Origin: Tubiluchus corallicola
Taxonomy: Eukaryota > Animalia > Priapulida
Length of the DNA stretch: 64,000 nt
Reading direction: 5' to 3'
Assembly: GCA_030141605.1 (NCBI GenBank)
Contig: JAQGDQ010000162.1
Span: 406,257 to 470,256, forward strand
Shown here: positions 48,791 to 61,417 of the stretch, in pieces
Numbering within the stretch: the stretch's first letter is position 1
Layout: the number at the start of each line of letters is the position of its first letter
Notes under the pieces: model-generated
Told to the model about the DNA's origin: nothing
What the model saw: only the letters and a program-made list of their open reading frames with translations
Databases searched by the model: none
Translations under genes and position numbers: made by a program

Positions 48791-49038
48791 ATTTATAGTT
48801 AGAAACAAAACATCTTTATTAAAACTCTTACATTAAAAAATTAAAATCATGCCAAACGTTTCGACAGGTTGCTGCTTCTGTTAACTAATTAGTACCTAAA
48901 GGCTCTGCCTATATAAACTGGTTGTATGTTTACAAATTTACCACTGATGACGAGCAGCAGTCTTTCGAAACGTTTGGCATGAATTTAACTTCTTAATATA
49001 AAAGTTTTGATAAAGTTGTGTTGTTTTTAACTGCAAAT
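48791..49038. mobile_element. Inverted repeat (~87-bp arms), Penelope-like terminus with a minimal hammerhead motif
   Basis: Arms 48791-48877 and 48952-49038. The + strand at 48941-48977 reads CCA-CTGATGA-CG..TC-GAAACGTT-TGG. Confidence 0.6.
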
Positions 49039-50134
49039 TGCCAAGTATTTCCTAACTTCCAACACATCTCCCCTAATGAGAAAAATATGATTTTATATTC
49101 ATTACAAGATGCAAAAACTGATACCAGATTTGTTCAGGAAAATCTTTCAGTGTGCCCATAGAAAAAGTAAACTGGTTGATTTAATGCACCAGAATATGTG
49201 TTTCTAGTATGTGGATTTTTTGTTTATTTATTTTATGGTTCAATAACATAAGAACATATCAAAAACAGTAACATTGTTTGCAGTTTAGTCTGTGGTTAAA
49301 CGAAGTCTTCAGTTTTTAGTATGCTGGTAGTTCCAACTCAAGCTACAGTCGGACTTTTTTTTGTTTACCCAAAAATGTTTTAGGTATGTGAGAACAAGTA
49401 TACTACAATCAAGTGCAAACACCTAGAAAGTAATTCAAATTTTATGCAATTTCTCAGCTTGTAGTATTTAAGTAGCTCTCAAAGCGAGCGAAGTGATGCG
49501 AGTGTTTTTTCTTTCTCCTGCTTTCTGTCTGACACGGTACTTAAGCTTCTAAGCGTTGAATAACAATCCTTGAACCTTCAGACTTTCCTCGCAATTCATG
49601 ACCGCGTACATGTGTGTACTTTACCTAGAAAGGGAAAGAAAAGGACAAATAAACTGTAAAAAACGTCACCTTTCTCACACAGAGATGGGACCTGACAAGA
49701 TAGAGACGGTAGCAGTCAATAAACGGAATGGTTTTATAATATGTAGCGACTGGTTTTGCCCAACGGGAGATTCTTGGCCACTAAATTCTATGCCTGAGAA
49801 TCAGCTTCTTAACCATGTCTTGTCAGAAATTGTTTGTGTTAAAAACGGTGGCATTAAAATTGCTGTCTAGTTCGCAACTTTTACAGCACCGGCAACTACG
49901 TTAATGCAACATTATGTCTCTACACATAAGCAAGGCGTTGTTGTCACTACCAGAAATGAAATAATCTTCGAAACGTAAATCAATGCTTATTATGTATGTA
50001 TATGTTTATTTTTTTTACTGTTAGCACTGCAAGGTATGAGTATACCTAATCTAGGATGTGTGCGTTCTGAATTTCTTCTTATATTTTTGGCACACATTTT
50101 CTCTTTCCCTTTCACATTGTTATCAAATAACTCA

Positions 50135-50655
50135 TTAAAAGGGAAAAAACAAGTCACGCAGTACGTTCGATTTATTTTACTTTACAGATACAACAAAGAA
50201 ATTTGCAAAGAACTGCCTATAAAACATAAATTTAAAATATACTACCTCTGAATAGAAATTTTCAGACGTGATGATTCACTTAAAAATCATGACGTAACTG
50301 GTGGCTTCGTGACTTTTCGTAAACGAGTCGCGGCTTTCCGTAATTCTAACTTCTGCAGCTTACCAAAGGTCCACACAAAACATTGCGAAATTAGCTATCT
50401 ATTTTTTTTCTAAAAACTTATTATACTTTTGGTGAAGATTGACAGTGCTCTACTTTTCTTCAAGACGAATGACGTCATTGGAAGAACAATGGGCATTCCA
50501 AATGGGAGAGCTCAAGCATAAAGTGATCGAACTTCAATTGATTTTACTAGCTAAACGAGAAGCTTATTGCAGTTTTATTACCAAAACCTTCTAACATTTT
50601 CCCAGAACATTGAAATAAAGCCAACCGCCTAGAAGACTTGGCCTTTCTTTTTTAA
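50135..50655 (+). mobile_element. Kolobok-like non-autonomous element, family C
   Basis: TTAA-aagggaaaaaacaagtc ... gacttggcctttcttt-TTAA; collinear with 61418-61978. Confidence 0.8.
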
Positions 50656-52029
50656 GTTAAATTTAGTATAGTATAGTGTAGTTAAGTGTAGATAGCGATT
50701 GAACTTCTACTGAGCAGTTTATAAATCAACTGCAGTTAAAAATCAAAAGCTGCCAAAATTTGCGCATTTTGTCAAAATCTGCAAGTGTGATCAATAAAAT
50801 AATATATAAATAATTATATCAATGTACAATTCATGTTGCTTCCAAAAGTATCCCCGATGTGTGGCCCAAGCCGCCCAACACCATAATTTTAACGAAGCGA
50901 TCAGAATGGGATTAAAACTCCTAACGAAGCTACAGAACAAAGCTGAGGCGCTTTATGGAATTACAGCCATTTAGAAATTGAAGGGGCGCGACGCCAAACA
51001 GCCGTGCATTGATATAAAAATCTCCAGACCATAGAAGACCCATACTTTATCCATTTGGCTACAATTTTTTCCTGCAGTCAAAAAACTAGATAAAATAAAG
51101 TCAAGAATGGTGTACAGCTTACCAGCAATTGTAATAGTTCAATTATGTAAAAGAAATTATTATTTTAACCTAAATTTTTTTTTATCCTTCTTACATTTGT
51201 ACGGTACGTGCTACTACAAACAGTTGCGAGTTGGTCAAGAATATACAACGATAATCATTTTGTGATTAAAACCTGTAAACATCAGCGGGTACATTACTGC
51301 TGAAGACTTTAGAGCAAAGTTCACAGATGTCATGTCAATCAATCAAGGTAAACATTTTATGACACCTTCGTGTTAATTATTCCCAAGGCTGAAGTCTTTG
51401 TAATTATTAAATGAAAGGGCGTTTTAGGGCGTCTATACAAAGCGCTGCTTTTAACTTATGATCTGGAATTTAATCCGTGGCAGTAATCTGTGCAAAATAC
51501 CCTTATCTAGTTCTGTATCAAATCAGTCACTAGTTCCAGTTTTACAATAGACTTGGCAGTGTGAAACAACTTTAGTTACGGTCGGTCTGTACATACCTAC
51601 AGGCTAATTAAATTTTAATTAATTATTTTCATCGCATTTAGATTTAGAAACGCCGACACAGAAGACGGGTTCTGAATATCAAAAATCGAATTCAAAAATG
51701 TTAAAATTAGTATCAGTGCAAATTTCATCAATTATGTCAAGGGCGCGATGAATACTTCTCAGAATAATAAAATAATGCTAAGCGGCAACCCATTGAACAG
51801 CACTTTGCTCACACTCAATAATAGTGTTTGCTTTTCACCAAATCCGCCAACATCCAAAAATTTAAGTAAAACAAGGAAACAGAGTGAATAGCTGTTTGAG
51901 GGGGAACTGGTCCAAGGTCTCACACCGTTTTAAAAGCACAGCGGGTATTAGAAACGCAAAAGCTGTGGTAAATTTCTACTGCAACACAAAAGGCTATAGC
52001 CAGAAAAATGATTTAAAAACATTCATTTA

Positions 52030-52370
52030 TTTATGAAACAAGGCTTGTGGACTCAAGTATTCAAAACTACCAAAGCAAACAAATACAGAGTGTTCCAGCA
52101 GTTACATTTTCTATATTGCTTTATTAAACAAAACAAAATGTTTGAAAATTGATACATTAAAACTAAAACATCAGACAATTCTTTTGCTCGAATTAGATGA
52201 AAATCTGAAAGAACTACTGCATCAGCATTTACCTTCTTTATTGATCTCAAAAGCTTCACAGACCAATCCAATGGCAAGTCGGGCATCTGCATTGAGAAAG
52301 TCTCTCGCAGCTCAAGAGTACTGAAAAAGGGCTGCAGTTTGTTGAAAAACTATCTTGTTAATGGTGAGAG
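52030..52370 (+). mobile_element. Decayed L1/Tx1-type LINE fragment (zf-RVT-like region)
   Basis: Peptide LWTQVFKTTKANKYRVFQ resembles the W....K......K.R.FQ motif; interrupted by stops and frameshifts. Confidence 0.35.
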
Positions 52371-54937
52371 AATAGTGTGGTCCTTATATATATATATATA
52401 TATTATATTTATTAACATATAACGTCGCATTATATGTAATATAATAGGTAAGTAGTGCTATTTACGTTGGTATGTACATTATGTTGTTAGTAGCAAATAC
52501 AGCATTTCATTAATATCATAAACTGTGAAACCTTCAATTACATATTCATTATGCAAAGTCCAGAACAGAATGTTGGCTGTTACGCCGCCATAAGTACGAA
52601 TCATCTGTGCTCTAATACCGTTTCTGCCTAGAATACTTATACTAGTATTGTTATTTAACACAGCCAATGAGCAGCGAGCTGGATTAACAGATAAATTTAT
52701 GTTGCAATAGAGTTTTAAAATGCGCTTATGGAAAAGTATATCTAGAGGATATGCACATGATCATGCTGGAATGAGAATTTCTAGGCAAGTTTAAGATTCG
52801 TCTCAATGCGTTTGTTTATTCAGTAAATAACGTCGACATACAGTTCTTTGATAAATTACTAATTGAACATCCATAAAAGGAGGAGCAGTAGGCGTGAAAC
52901 AATTTAAGCATTACTCGTTCATCTGTCGCTGACTTGAAGGAGCATAAAATATCTTATGATGTTTTGAATTATTTCTGAACTTCAGTTGATGATGGAAGGA
53001 CCTCATGTGGCCGTTTAGACGATCAGTTTTTTCATCAAACTTGTTTGTCAGTTTTAGTTTGACCAACCAATCTGATCGTGTAAACAGCGAAGCTGACAAA
53101 CTTCTAGTCTGACAAGCAAAGTTTGATGGTATCAAACCGTTTTGAATTCAACAAATAAAAAATGACAAACTCAGACCCAACAGCCAATAGCACCGCCTGC
53201 TTGTCACAGCATACCGACTGTTCATTTTCTCGCGGGGGCCCGGGAATTTTGTCATTATTAATTCAGCAAGTGATATAAATATTCGACGATCAGCAAGTGT
53301 TGGATGTTGGTTGATACCGGAATCTGGAGCGTAGAAACAGTGGCAATACAAAGGAGATTCTGATTTTGTTTACAAAAAGAAAACTCTGCTTTTACTGTAC
53401 TGTTTTCAACTAATCAACTAAACAATTTACGACAGTACTGTAGTTGTACGATGGCGGGCGTTGGTAAGTTAAACTGAACTTCTTGCAATAAATACCCTAC
53501 AGTAAATAGATGTGACATATTGAACATAATTGAAAAAGTTACGCGACACCTCAACATTTAAATCTTTGGAAATCAGGCTGTAACTGCCTTTTTCAATTCT
53601 TCGCTGTAACTATTTTTTTCATTCAAACTTTTAATACTTTCCTTTCCTATTTCTCATTTTTAATTGATCAGTCTGAAGATAGCCCAATAGACAACAAAGA
53701 ACGTAGACAACATATTTCACAGACACCTTGCTGAATAGTTAGTTATTACCAGAGTTTGACGGAGTAAAGATTGATGTCGTCTAAACGCGTATCAATTTTT
53801 AGATAGACAGTTTTTATTTGTCAGTTTTAGTTTGGCAGTTCAAAAACTGATCATGTGAACGGACAAAAACGTTCCCATTGTCGCCATAGCAACGGGATTC
53901 CAGTTCAAAAATCAATAAAAAATTGTCAAAGGCCCCTTTTGATTAATGGAAGAGCTTGGTGAGATCGGAGAAAAATAAAAAAGAAAACTAGAAATCAAAG
54001 AGGATAGTGATTTCTGGGACACCCTGTACGTAATCTGTAATCTGTTCATTACGTTGACTGTGTTCTACATAGTATGAGATATTCTGTCGTTTACAAAAAT
54101 AACTAAAATTTTCGCTTTCAGAACGTTTATTGGAAATAGAAGCAGTACTTCGAACTTTCAATTTTTTAAATACAGCCTTATTTAAGTTTAAAATAATTTT
54201 ACTTGAAATTTTGGGAATCTGTGAACAAGTGTTGGTGATTTTACTTCCGCCAATTTAATAACCTTCGGCCATTTTTTTAGCTAAACTGGTGCAATAAAAA
54301 GTGTTCGTGAAACGCATAATAAGGTCAGGTAATTCCAGCGGCGTTATCTCGCAGCTTCGTCCCATAATTAGCCTAGAATGTACGCAGCCTAATCATGTAG
54401 TTATAGTGATTAGACAAACAGTAGCGAAAGTGTGGAATTGCAGTCGCGAAAGTAGTCCACTTGTTACTGTCCTGCGCAACCGCAGTTAATCAAGCATTTT
54501 TCCGCTATAATCAGTGAAAGTGACCTAAATAGAAGATGCAGCAAGGCGTCCACTGCAACTCATTGGATTAACGCACGCAAGCGTGTGGACGCTAAGCTGC
54601 AGTCAGCATTATGCTCACACCCTTAGACGCACTTACGTCTTTTAGCTTCTAGCCTCTCAAGATGTGTTCACTGACCTCTGGTGGTGTAATGATGTGCTGT
54701 TATGTGACTTGTTTGAGTTTGCATAATCTAATCTTGTTCAAGTGTGCTGACTGGTTATGAAAGAAAATTCAAATTGATCATTGCTGAGCCTGTAACGATG
54801 TTTTTCTGGACTGTATAATCCAATTAGTGAACTGTGTGGATCGACTTTAAAAGAATATCAGTGACAGCGAAAAATCGATAATATAAAGTAAATGATAGAA
54901 AATCAATAGGTGACATTCTTATCAACATAGTTGTGGT

Positions 54938-55340
54938 CGGTTTCAGTTTTCGTTTTGATTACAAACTTGGCGCCAGATTTTAACTTGTAATAGCAAAGCG
55001 ACGAAAACTAGATTAATTTGTGGTACAAGAAGAAGTAAGCTTTCAACATGAACAATTTCTATTTGGTAAAGATTTACTTGATTTCGTAAAAAATCCGTGA
55101 CAGCGACAAGTCGATGCATGAAGTGAATCACAGGAAATCACTGAGCGATATTCTCTTTTTCAACTAAATTCGGTTTCACTTTTCGTTTTGATTACAAACT
55201 TGGCGCCAAATTTCACTTCGAAATAATATAATACGACGAAAACTAGATGTGTAATTTGTGCCCAAGAAGATTTTCGATTAACACGTCCGATTTCTATTTG
55301 TCAAACGAACATTTCATAAAATCTAACTGACGCGACTTAA
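54938..55340. repeat. Diverged tandem duplication, period ~232 bp
   Basis: tcggtttca.ttttcgttttgattacaaacttggcgcca occurs at 54938 and 55170, with continuing similarity (gacgaaaactagat, atttctattt). Confidence 0.8.
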
Positions 55341-56045
55341 CGGCCAGGGAAAGTTTTTGTAATCCTTAACTTTCATTGTGTGGATGGCGGTACATTCGAA
55401 ATACGTTATAAATTTAACGTGATCAATTTTTTCTGTCATGTTTATTTTATTACCGTGTCTGTCTAATAGACGTTGGGGGTAAAATTATAACTGCGGGCAG
55501 TTAATGATAACTCACGTACGCCACCAGCGACCCAGTTACGTGAACTGTTCTATGTAACATCATTGTTTTGTAGTGAAAGTAAGTTAAACGATATCTCATC
55601 AGTTACAAACTTCAATTAGAAAGACAATCTTGTGGGATGCTGCTTGATTACGTCAGGCGGTGAGCTAATTTGTTACATAACAGTGAGCTTATTAGTTGCG
55701 TCACAATGCACAGTGCTATTACTGCATCACATTTACTGACAGATTATGTCACAGTGAGTCATTTATGTCACAGTGAACTGTATGGTTACCTCACAGAGGA
55801 CTACGTGTAGGTGGCAGGATGAAAATGCGAATTTCGGTCTGCCTTTACCGCTGGTTTTGTGCAAAGATTCTTTTGTCACAATGTGCACGTGTTTGCTCCT
55901 AATTTCTCAAACCATCATTGCAGCGGCAGCAGGTGAGTGTTAGCCTAAAAACCAGACGTTAATTGATGACGTCAGAGCGGTGTGATTGATTGCATACTCA
56001 CAAGAAACTGCTAAGCTGCCTCACATTGCATAGTTAAGAAATAAA

Positions 56046-57239
56046 ATGAAGCTAGAGTTGCATTTGGAAGAGAGCATATACAGTCCGGGGGACATAGTGT
56101 ATGGGAAGGCGGTACTGGAGAGTAGTCGCTGTATCAGAGTCAAGAGAATTGAATTGTTACTCAGAGGTTTTAAAAATCACAAGAAAAGAGACTCTGATTC
56201 CAGTTCAACATCGTGCAGCAGCGACAGTGACAAAAACATTGCGTATGAGATTTCTGTGCGTAGTTTGGTGGAAAACCAAGAATTGCGTGCATTGTACGCG
56301 GTTGGTGTGCAACGCGACAAACGCAACGCGAAAACGCGTACGTCAAGAACTGCGTTGAATTTGTCGCTGAACAAGGATGAGATAAAATTGACTCGAATTA
56401 TACCATTTTATAGTCAGAAACGCGTATTTTTAGCTTATAACGTCATACTAGTAAAAGGTGATGGTATTGTGGCGGAACCGGGAAAATTCAGTTGCCACTT
56501 CAAGTGCATATTACCAAAGACCTTGCCATCTGATTCTGCTAGCTATGCCATGGTGGCTGTGCTAAGACAGCGAAGATTAAAATTCAAAAGAGACCTTTTC
56601 GTTTGCCAAACATTCAGAATCGCTTCGATGCCAATTTACAAAGAAAATAAGAGGTTCAACGTTCAGCCAGAACTGGCATTCAGTTTACAACCAGAAGATG
56701 ACACAGTCGCCCCAGGAGGCGTAGTCAATCTTATCCCCAAAGCACTAAATAACAGCAAATCTGTGATAAACTTTGTCAGTTTGCGTCTACTTCAGTTAAT
56801 GACGCATGGTGCTCACTACAGTCACGTGACCCTTCAGGAAGAGGCAATAGACAAAGTAAAATCAACGTGTGATCCCGGGGAACTAATATCTCTGCCAATT
56901 CTGAAACTATCAGCTCCCGAACTGGATCTGGATTCCACTACAGGTATTGTTGTGTTTAAGAACAGACTCCACATGGCTCAAGGAAAACTTTCTCGACAAT
57001 GCTACTCCTACTTAGTCGAGCTTTTAGGTTTAAAAACATCGAGTGATAAACCCCAAACGTCTGCAATGCTGTATCAAGCTGCGGTAGACCTGTTACCAAT
57101 GACGCAGTCATGGGGTTCGCTGCGTGATTACGTCACAGTAGGATATAAAGTGAAAGTGACGCCAGTGGCGGCATCGGGTGGAGATTTCAGCACTGTTACA
57201 AGCCGAAGTAGCAAATCAGCTGAGGTTATGATGTTTTAA
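56046..57239 (+). CDS. Arrestin-domain (alpha-arrestin-like) protein, single coding exon, 397 aa
   Basis: Arrestin_N-like YSPGDIVYGKAVL..IELLLRG and PGKFSCHFKCILPKTLPS; Arrestin_C-like VAPGGVVNL...NNSKSVINFVSLRLLQ. A long non-repetitive ORF with a good start context (AAAATGA) and an AATAAG just after the stop. Confidence 0.75.
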   Translation: MKLELHLEESIYSPGDIVYGKAVLESSRCIRVKRIELLLRGFKNHKKRDSDSSSTSCSSDSDKNIAYEISVRSLVENQELRALYAVGVQRDKRNAKTRTSRTALNLSLNKDEIKLTRIIPFYSQKRVFLAYNVILVKGDGIVAEPGKFSCHFKCILPKTLPSDSASYAMVAVLRQRRLKFKRDLFVCQTFRIASMPIYKENKRFNVQPELAFSLQPEDDTVAPGGVVNLIPKALNNSKSVINFVSLRLLQLMTHGAHYSHVTLQEEAIDKVKSTCDPGELISLPILKLSAPELDLDSTTGIVVFKNRLHMAQGKLSRQCYSYLVELLGLKTSSDKPQTSAMLYQAAVDLLPMTQSWGSLRDYVTVGYKVKVTPVAASGGDFSTVTSRSSKSAEVMMF

Positions 57240-57949
57240 TAAGATTTTTGATAGGAAATTTTCATCTGCAAAAGGAGTGTATATTGCACACTGACTGGAC
57301 CATAATGTTGCTGCGTGACAATGTTGCAATATCTCTTTCATCTAGATCATCTAGACCGCGGAATTACTAACTAGTCATGCTCTACGAGCAAGAAATGTAA
57401 AACTAAATGTAACATCAAGTAACTGATTTAGTACACGTAACAGCCTTTCTCGACATAGAACCTAAAAATTTTGGTAAACGTTGTGCAACGCAACAAATTT
57501 GAAATTTTTTCACTATTTTTTTTTTCATTTTCTTGTCATCTTACTACCATATTGTCATTTGTCAGCAGTATAAGTCAAAATGAACCGCGTTTTACTTTTC
57601 ACGACAGAGTAAAACACAGTGTCTTAATTTGAATATGATGAAGTATGGATTTGAAAATATTTTCACCTAAGTATTTATACTTTCTACATTAAATTGTAAA
57701 GATTGTAAACAATCTGAACGTAATACTATGTAAAATAACATACTCTCTCCCTGTTAACTGGGCTAATTTAATGACGTTTTAATGCACGGACAAAACTGTA
57801 ACAATTCGTTATAGACGGTTATTCTATTATTATATTATGTGGGGAAAAAAATGTGTATAAACACGAAAAATTTTAAGTCATTCCCTTACACTTTTCCAAG
57901 GATATATTAGATTTAAATAAACAAGTCAAAAAAATTAATGCCGAAAAAA

Positions 57950-58215
57950 TTTCGTGTTACTACTGTAAAATTTACATCAAGTGCTCTAGGTATATGTCCA
58001 TCATTTTCACTGCAAACTAAACGAAGGCGTTTCTTCAGACAGCTGACACAGTTTCCCTCTTCTCTAAGGGGTATTTGGAGACAGCGCTCAACATTTTTGC
58101 GTTTAGTTCCATTGAATCTAACGGCAATAATCAAACGTTCACTGTGGCAGCCGTACACGTTTTTCAAGGGAATATCAGATGCCGTTGTTCAGAGGGCTAA
58201 GTCTCATTTTTCTAG
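57950..58215 (-). mobile_element. Decayed Tc1/mariner-type transposase C-terminus
   Basis: The - strand reads (frameshifted) LSPLNNGI*YSL..KNVY...IPL..NCVSCLKKRLRLVCSENDGHI, like SPDL.P.D..IW..LK..VY...KRL...NGGH. A Tc1-type TIR end (tttctgggacaccctgTA) also occurs at 54008-54028. Confidence 0.5.
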
Positions 58216-59132
58216 TGATAACAAATCTTTATCAGTACTTTATTTTCTGTGGCGATAGATGACCGTGATTTAAACTGTTTCATTTTTTATGGTTTTGCCG
58301 CCATGTATAGAGTGGTTTAGATACGCTAACGTGACTGTTTTTAATGGATGATTAGCTATCATTGTTCTGGATGATTAGCTGTCATTGTTCTTGCATATAA
58401 ATTTTTAACAAGTAAAACCTTTTTGGCAATAACTTAAATCTACTAAAGTTATATAAATAACTATGGAAGTTTTTGCTGAATCAATCAAAGTGGCTTATTT
58501 ATGATATTGCAGCAAAAACTTCCATAGTTATTTATGATCAGGCGTTCTAAATGTTAAACATCTGCTTGACACTGCATGGAGTTCTTATTGTTAAATGTGT
58601 TAAAAATTGCCTCCTGGCAAACAGCCATACGGGTGCTCTTCATATGCTGAAATCTTCAAGATCCTCTATTATAAGGTTATAATTTCCACACACAAAAGGT
58701 AATCGTAACACCGGTCTGTGAAATTTCTGCTTTGTAGGGCACTTGATATTAATATTATTGTAGTCCAAACTTCAGGTATATTTTTCCTGCGCCACTCGAT
58801 AATAGGCGTATTTATTGTAAGCCTTTGAGAAATATCAGTAGGTCTTAGATATGATAATGGATGATGTCACTTCCTACAATAAGTTTACCCTAACTTTACA
58901 TCTAGTGATTCGCTCTTCACTTTATTCACTTGCCATAAATTTTTGTGCAGGTATTTTCCATCAATGCATTCGCAGATCGTTTCCAAGAAATCATGCACTA
59001 ATTGTGCGCAAAAGTTTATTGAATAATTACACGCGTGTAATGGATAAGCTTTAGGCAAATATTTAAGCTCCAGTTATTACGCGTACCGTTCCCGTATACG
59101 TATTTACTTTACAGTAGTAGACTCCGTTTCAG

Positions 59133-59248
59133 ATTTATGCATCACGAGGTCACTGGCTAGACAGGTCCACGATTACACTGGAATGGCAGTGTGCATTTGC
59201 TGATACATGCAAAATATTTGTAAATTCAGATCGGACCAACGCAGATCG
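59133..59248 (+). CDS. Candidate orphan internal exon (possibly of the VWDE-like gene)
   Basis: tttcag|IYASRGHWLDRSTITLEWQCAFADTCKIFVNSDRTNADR|gtaagc. Good splice sites and only one open frame, but no recognised homology. Confidence 0.3.
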
Positions 59249-59403
59249 GTAAGCGTCTAGGGTGTTGCTGAATCATTAGGACCTTTTAAGCTGTCCTGAG
59301 GCTTTGTCATTTGGCCTTTTTCATTTGACCGCCGCAAAAATGTGGAGCGATTACTACCTGGCATACTACTAAGAAGTTGTCGGTTTAAATCGGGGAGAAG
59401 AAA

Positions 59404-59492
59404 AGGTGAGTGGTTCATGGTGCATGTGACTTAAGCAGCACCGAGCGTTGTGCGTAGATGGATGGATGTCCACAGGGAAACTTGTTTCTAGG
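59404..59492 (+). mobile_element. 5S rRNA-derived SINE-like relic
   Basis: cTTAAGCAGcaccgagcg..gtagaTGGATGGatgtccacaGGGAA, with the same downstream tail (..cagtttca) as the 10744 copy. Confidence 0.45.
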
Positions 59493-61417
59493 CAGTTTCA
59501 GCCACAATATTACTCTGGACTGTTTATTTTCGTTGACGGAAGATAATACACATTCCAACATTTTGAAGTAGTCACTGCTGGTTCAGTGGCTGGTTATAAA
59601 TAAATGTTTTTGAATATGAGAAAGTTCTGGTCCTGTCATGACTACTTTCATTAAGTGGGCTCTGTTGTTGAGCACTGGTTTCGGTTTGCACTATGCTGAA
59701 CTGTTTGAGGAAGATACTAAGCTCACATTTAAACATCATCCTAGTCGTCAAGAACAACAGCAGAAGCAGTAGCAACAATGACAACAATGGTAACAGTGAC
59801 AACAACAGCAACAATGACAATGATGACAGACACCAACAAAAATGAGAAAAATGTTACCAGCTCGACAGCCGTAGTGACAACAATGACAGCAGCGACAACA
59901 ACAGCAATAATGATAATGATGACAGCACCAACAACAACAAAAAAATAGCAGCAGCAGCAACAAGATTATGATGAAGTTAACGATAACTACCAGCACAAGC
60001 ATTACGACCCACCACCACCGCCAATGGCAACATCACCACTGCCAACAAAGGCACTCTAATATGTTGCCACCACCACCACCACCACCACCACCACCACCAC
60101 CACCACCACCACCACCACCACCACCACCACCACCACCACCACCACCACCACCACCACCACCAACAGCAACAACACCACTACAGCAACAGCAAAGACAAAT
60201 AGCAGCAGCAGTAGAACAACGACAAAAAGAAGAACAGCAAAATGCAAAATACTTCCATTAAATTTAACTGATAGAATTTATTCATCAGCAAAACGTGCAG
60301 ACACAATAACCCAGATATAATCTGTTTTAGTTAGCGGATTACTAGAGAGTGCAAGAACCACCAAACAAAGTTGACTCTGTAATCTTATAGATGCACAATT
60401 CTGAGCCGTGATCTTAATCAGTTTAATTAAACACCTCTAGATTGGCCTACTACACACACATTTAGAGGCCCCATGTGTATAACACAAAGCCGGTCGGAAA
60501 CAATGTCCAGTCGGAAGATGAAAGTGCCCCGTTCAGGTTTAGCTAGATGTCTTTTGGATTAACAAGAGTTGTAAAATAGAGCTTAGACGTGAGCGTCGAA
60601 TTATTATTACAAAGGATTTTGAGAAGATTCAATCCTGTTCGAAGTGCTATTGCCAAATGTCGTGTCTCAAGCAAGAGTTTTGAGTAGCCTACTAAGCCTA
60701 CTCAAACTGTAACATTGTAGTTTCCTGGTGAAATAAACTGAATTTAAATTTGAAAATCACAAAACGAACGCAAATTTTAAGGCAGCCAACCATTTGGCGT
60801 AGTGATATTATGAGAGATATTGAGTTTTCCAGGACTTTTTCTTTCTGTTTTTTACAAACATCACAATTTCACTTTGTCACTTTTGCATTTACATTCGGTT
60901 TTAGTTTAAAATTAATTTTGTGTTTATATTTAAGAATTTGCTTTGGTACTTAGCGCTTGGAAGTTTACCGCTTACCGACAAGGGAAGCAGTTTTGGAACA
61001 CTTGAAATTAAAGTTCAAACTCACATCGATAGATGGCGCCCTAACCTTACAGTCAGTCCGTGCGTTTTTAGTGAAAAATTTATGGTTCTTTCAACAGGTA
61101 AAACGCGCTTTTATTACCATAATTCTGTTAAGCTGTATTTAGTTGGAGATATTGACGTTTTCTCTCATCCCGATAGATGGCGCTCACTATACAATTGATT
61201 CAGTTTTAGCCTTTTCAGTTTTGTAATTGTTTTACGGAATTTTTAATAATTATTTTAATCGTTGTTGCAGCTCATGCGAAAAATTTCTTGGTGTACTGGG
61301 TTCTTAGAACTTATATAGCTTATACAAAATTTAATAAAAAAAGGTGATCAAGCGGTGATTTATAAGAAACGAAACATTTGTCACATCATTTGTGGAAAAG
61401 AGCTATTGAAACTGGCA

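Noticed and set aside
61025-61190. Paired AGATGGCGC CTCF-like motifs (also CCAACAGATGGCAC at ~4551)
   Set aside because: Short motifs that are common within DNA-transposon sequences, with no independent support for insulator function.
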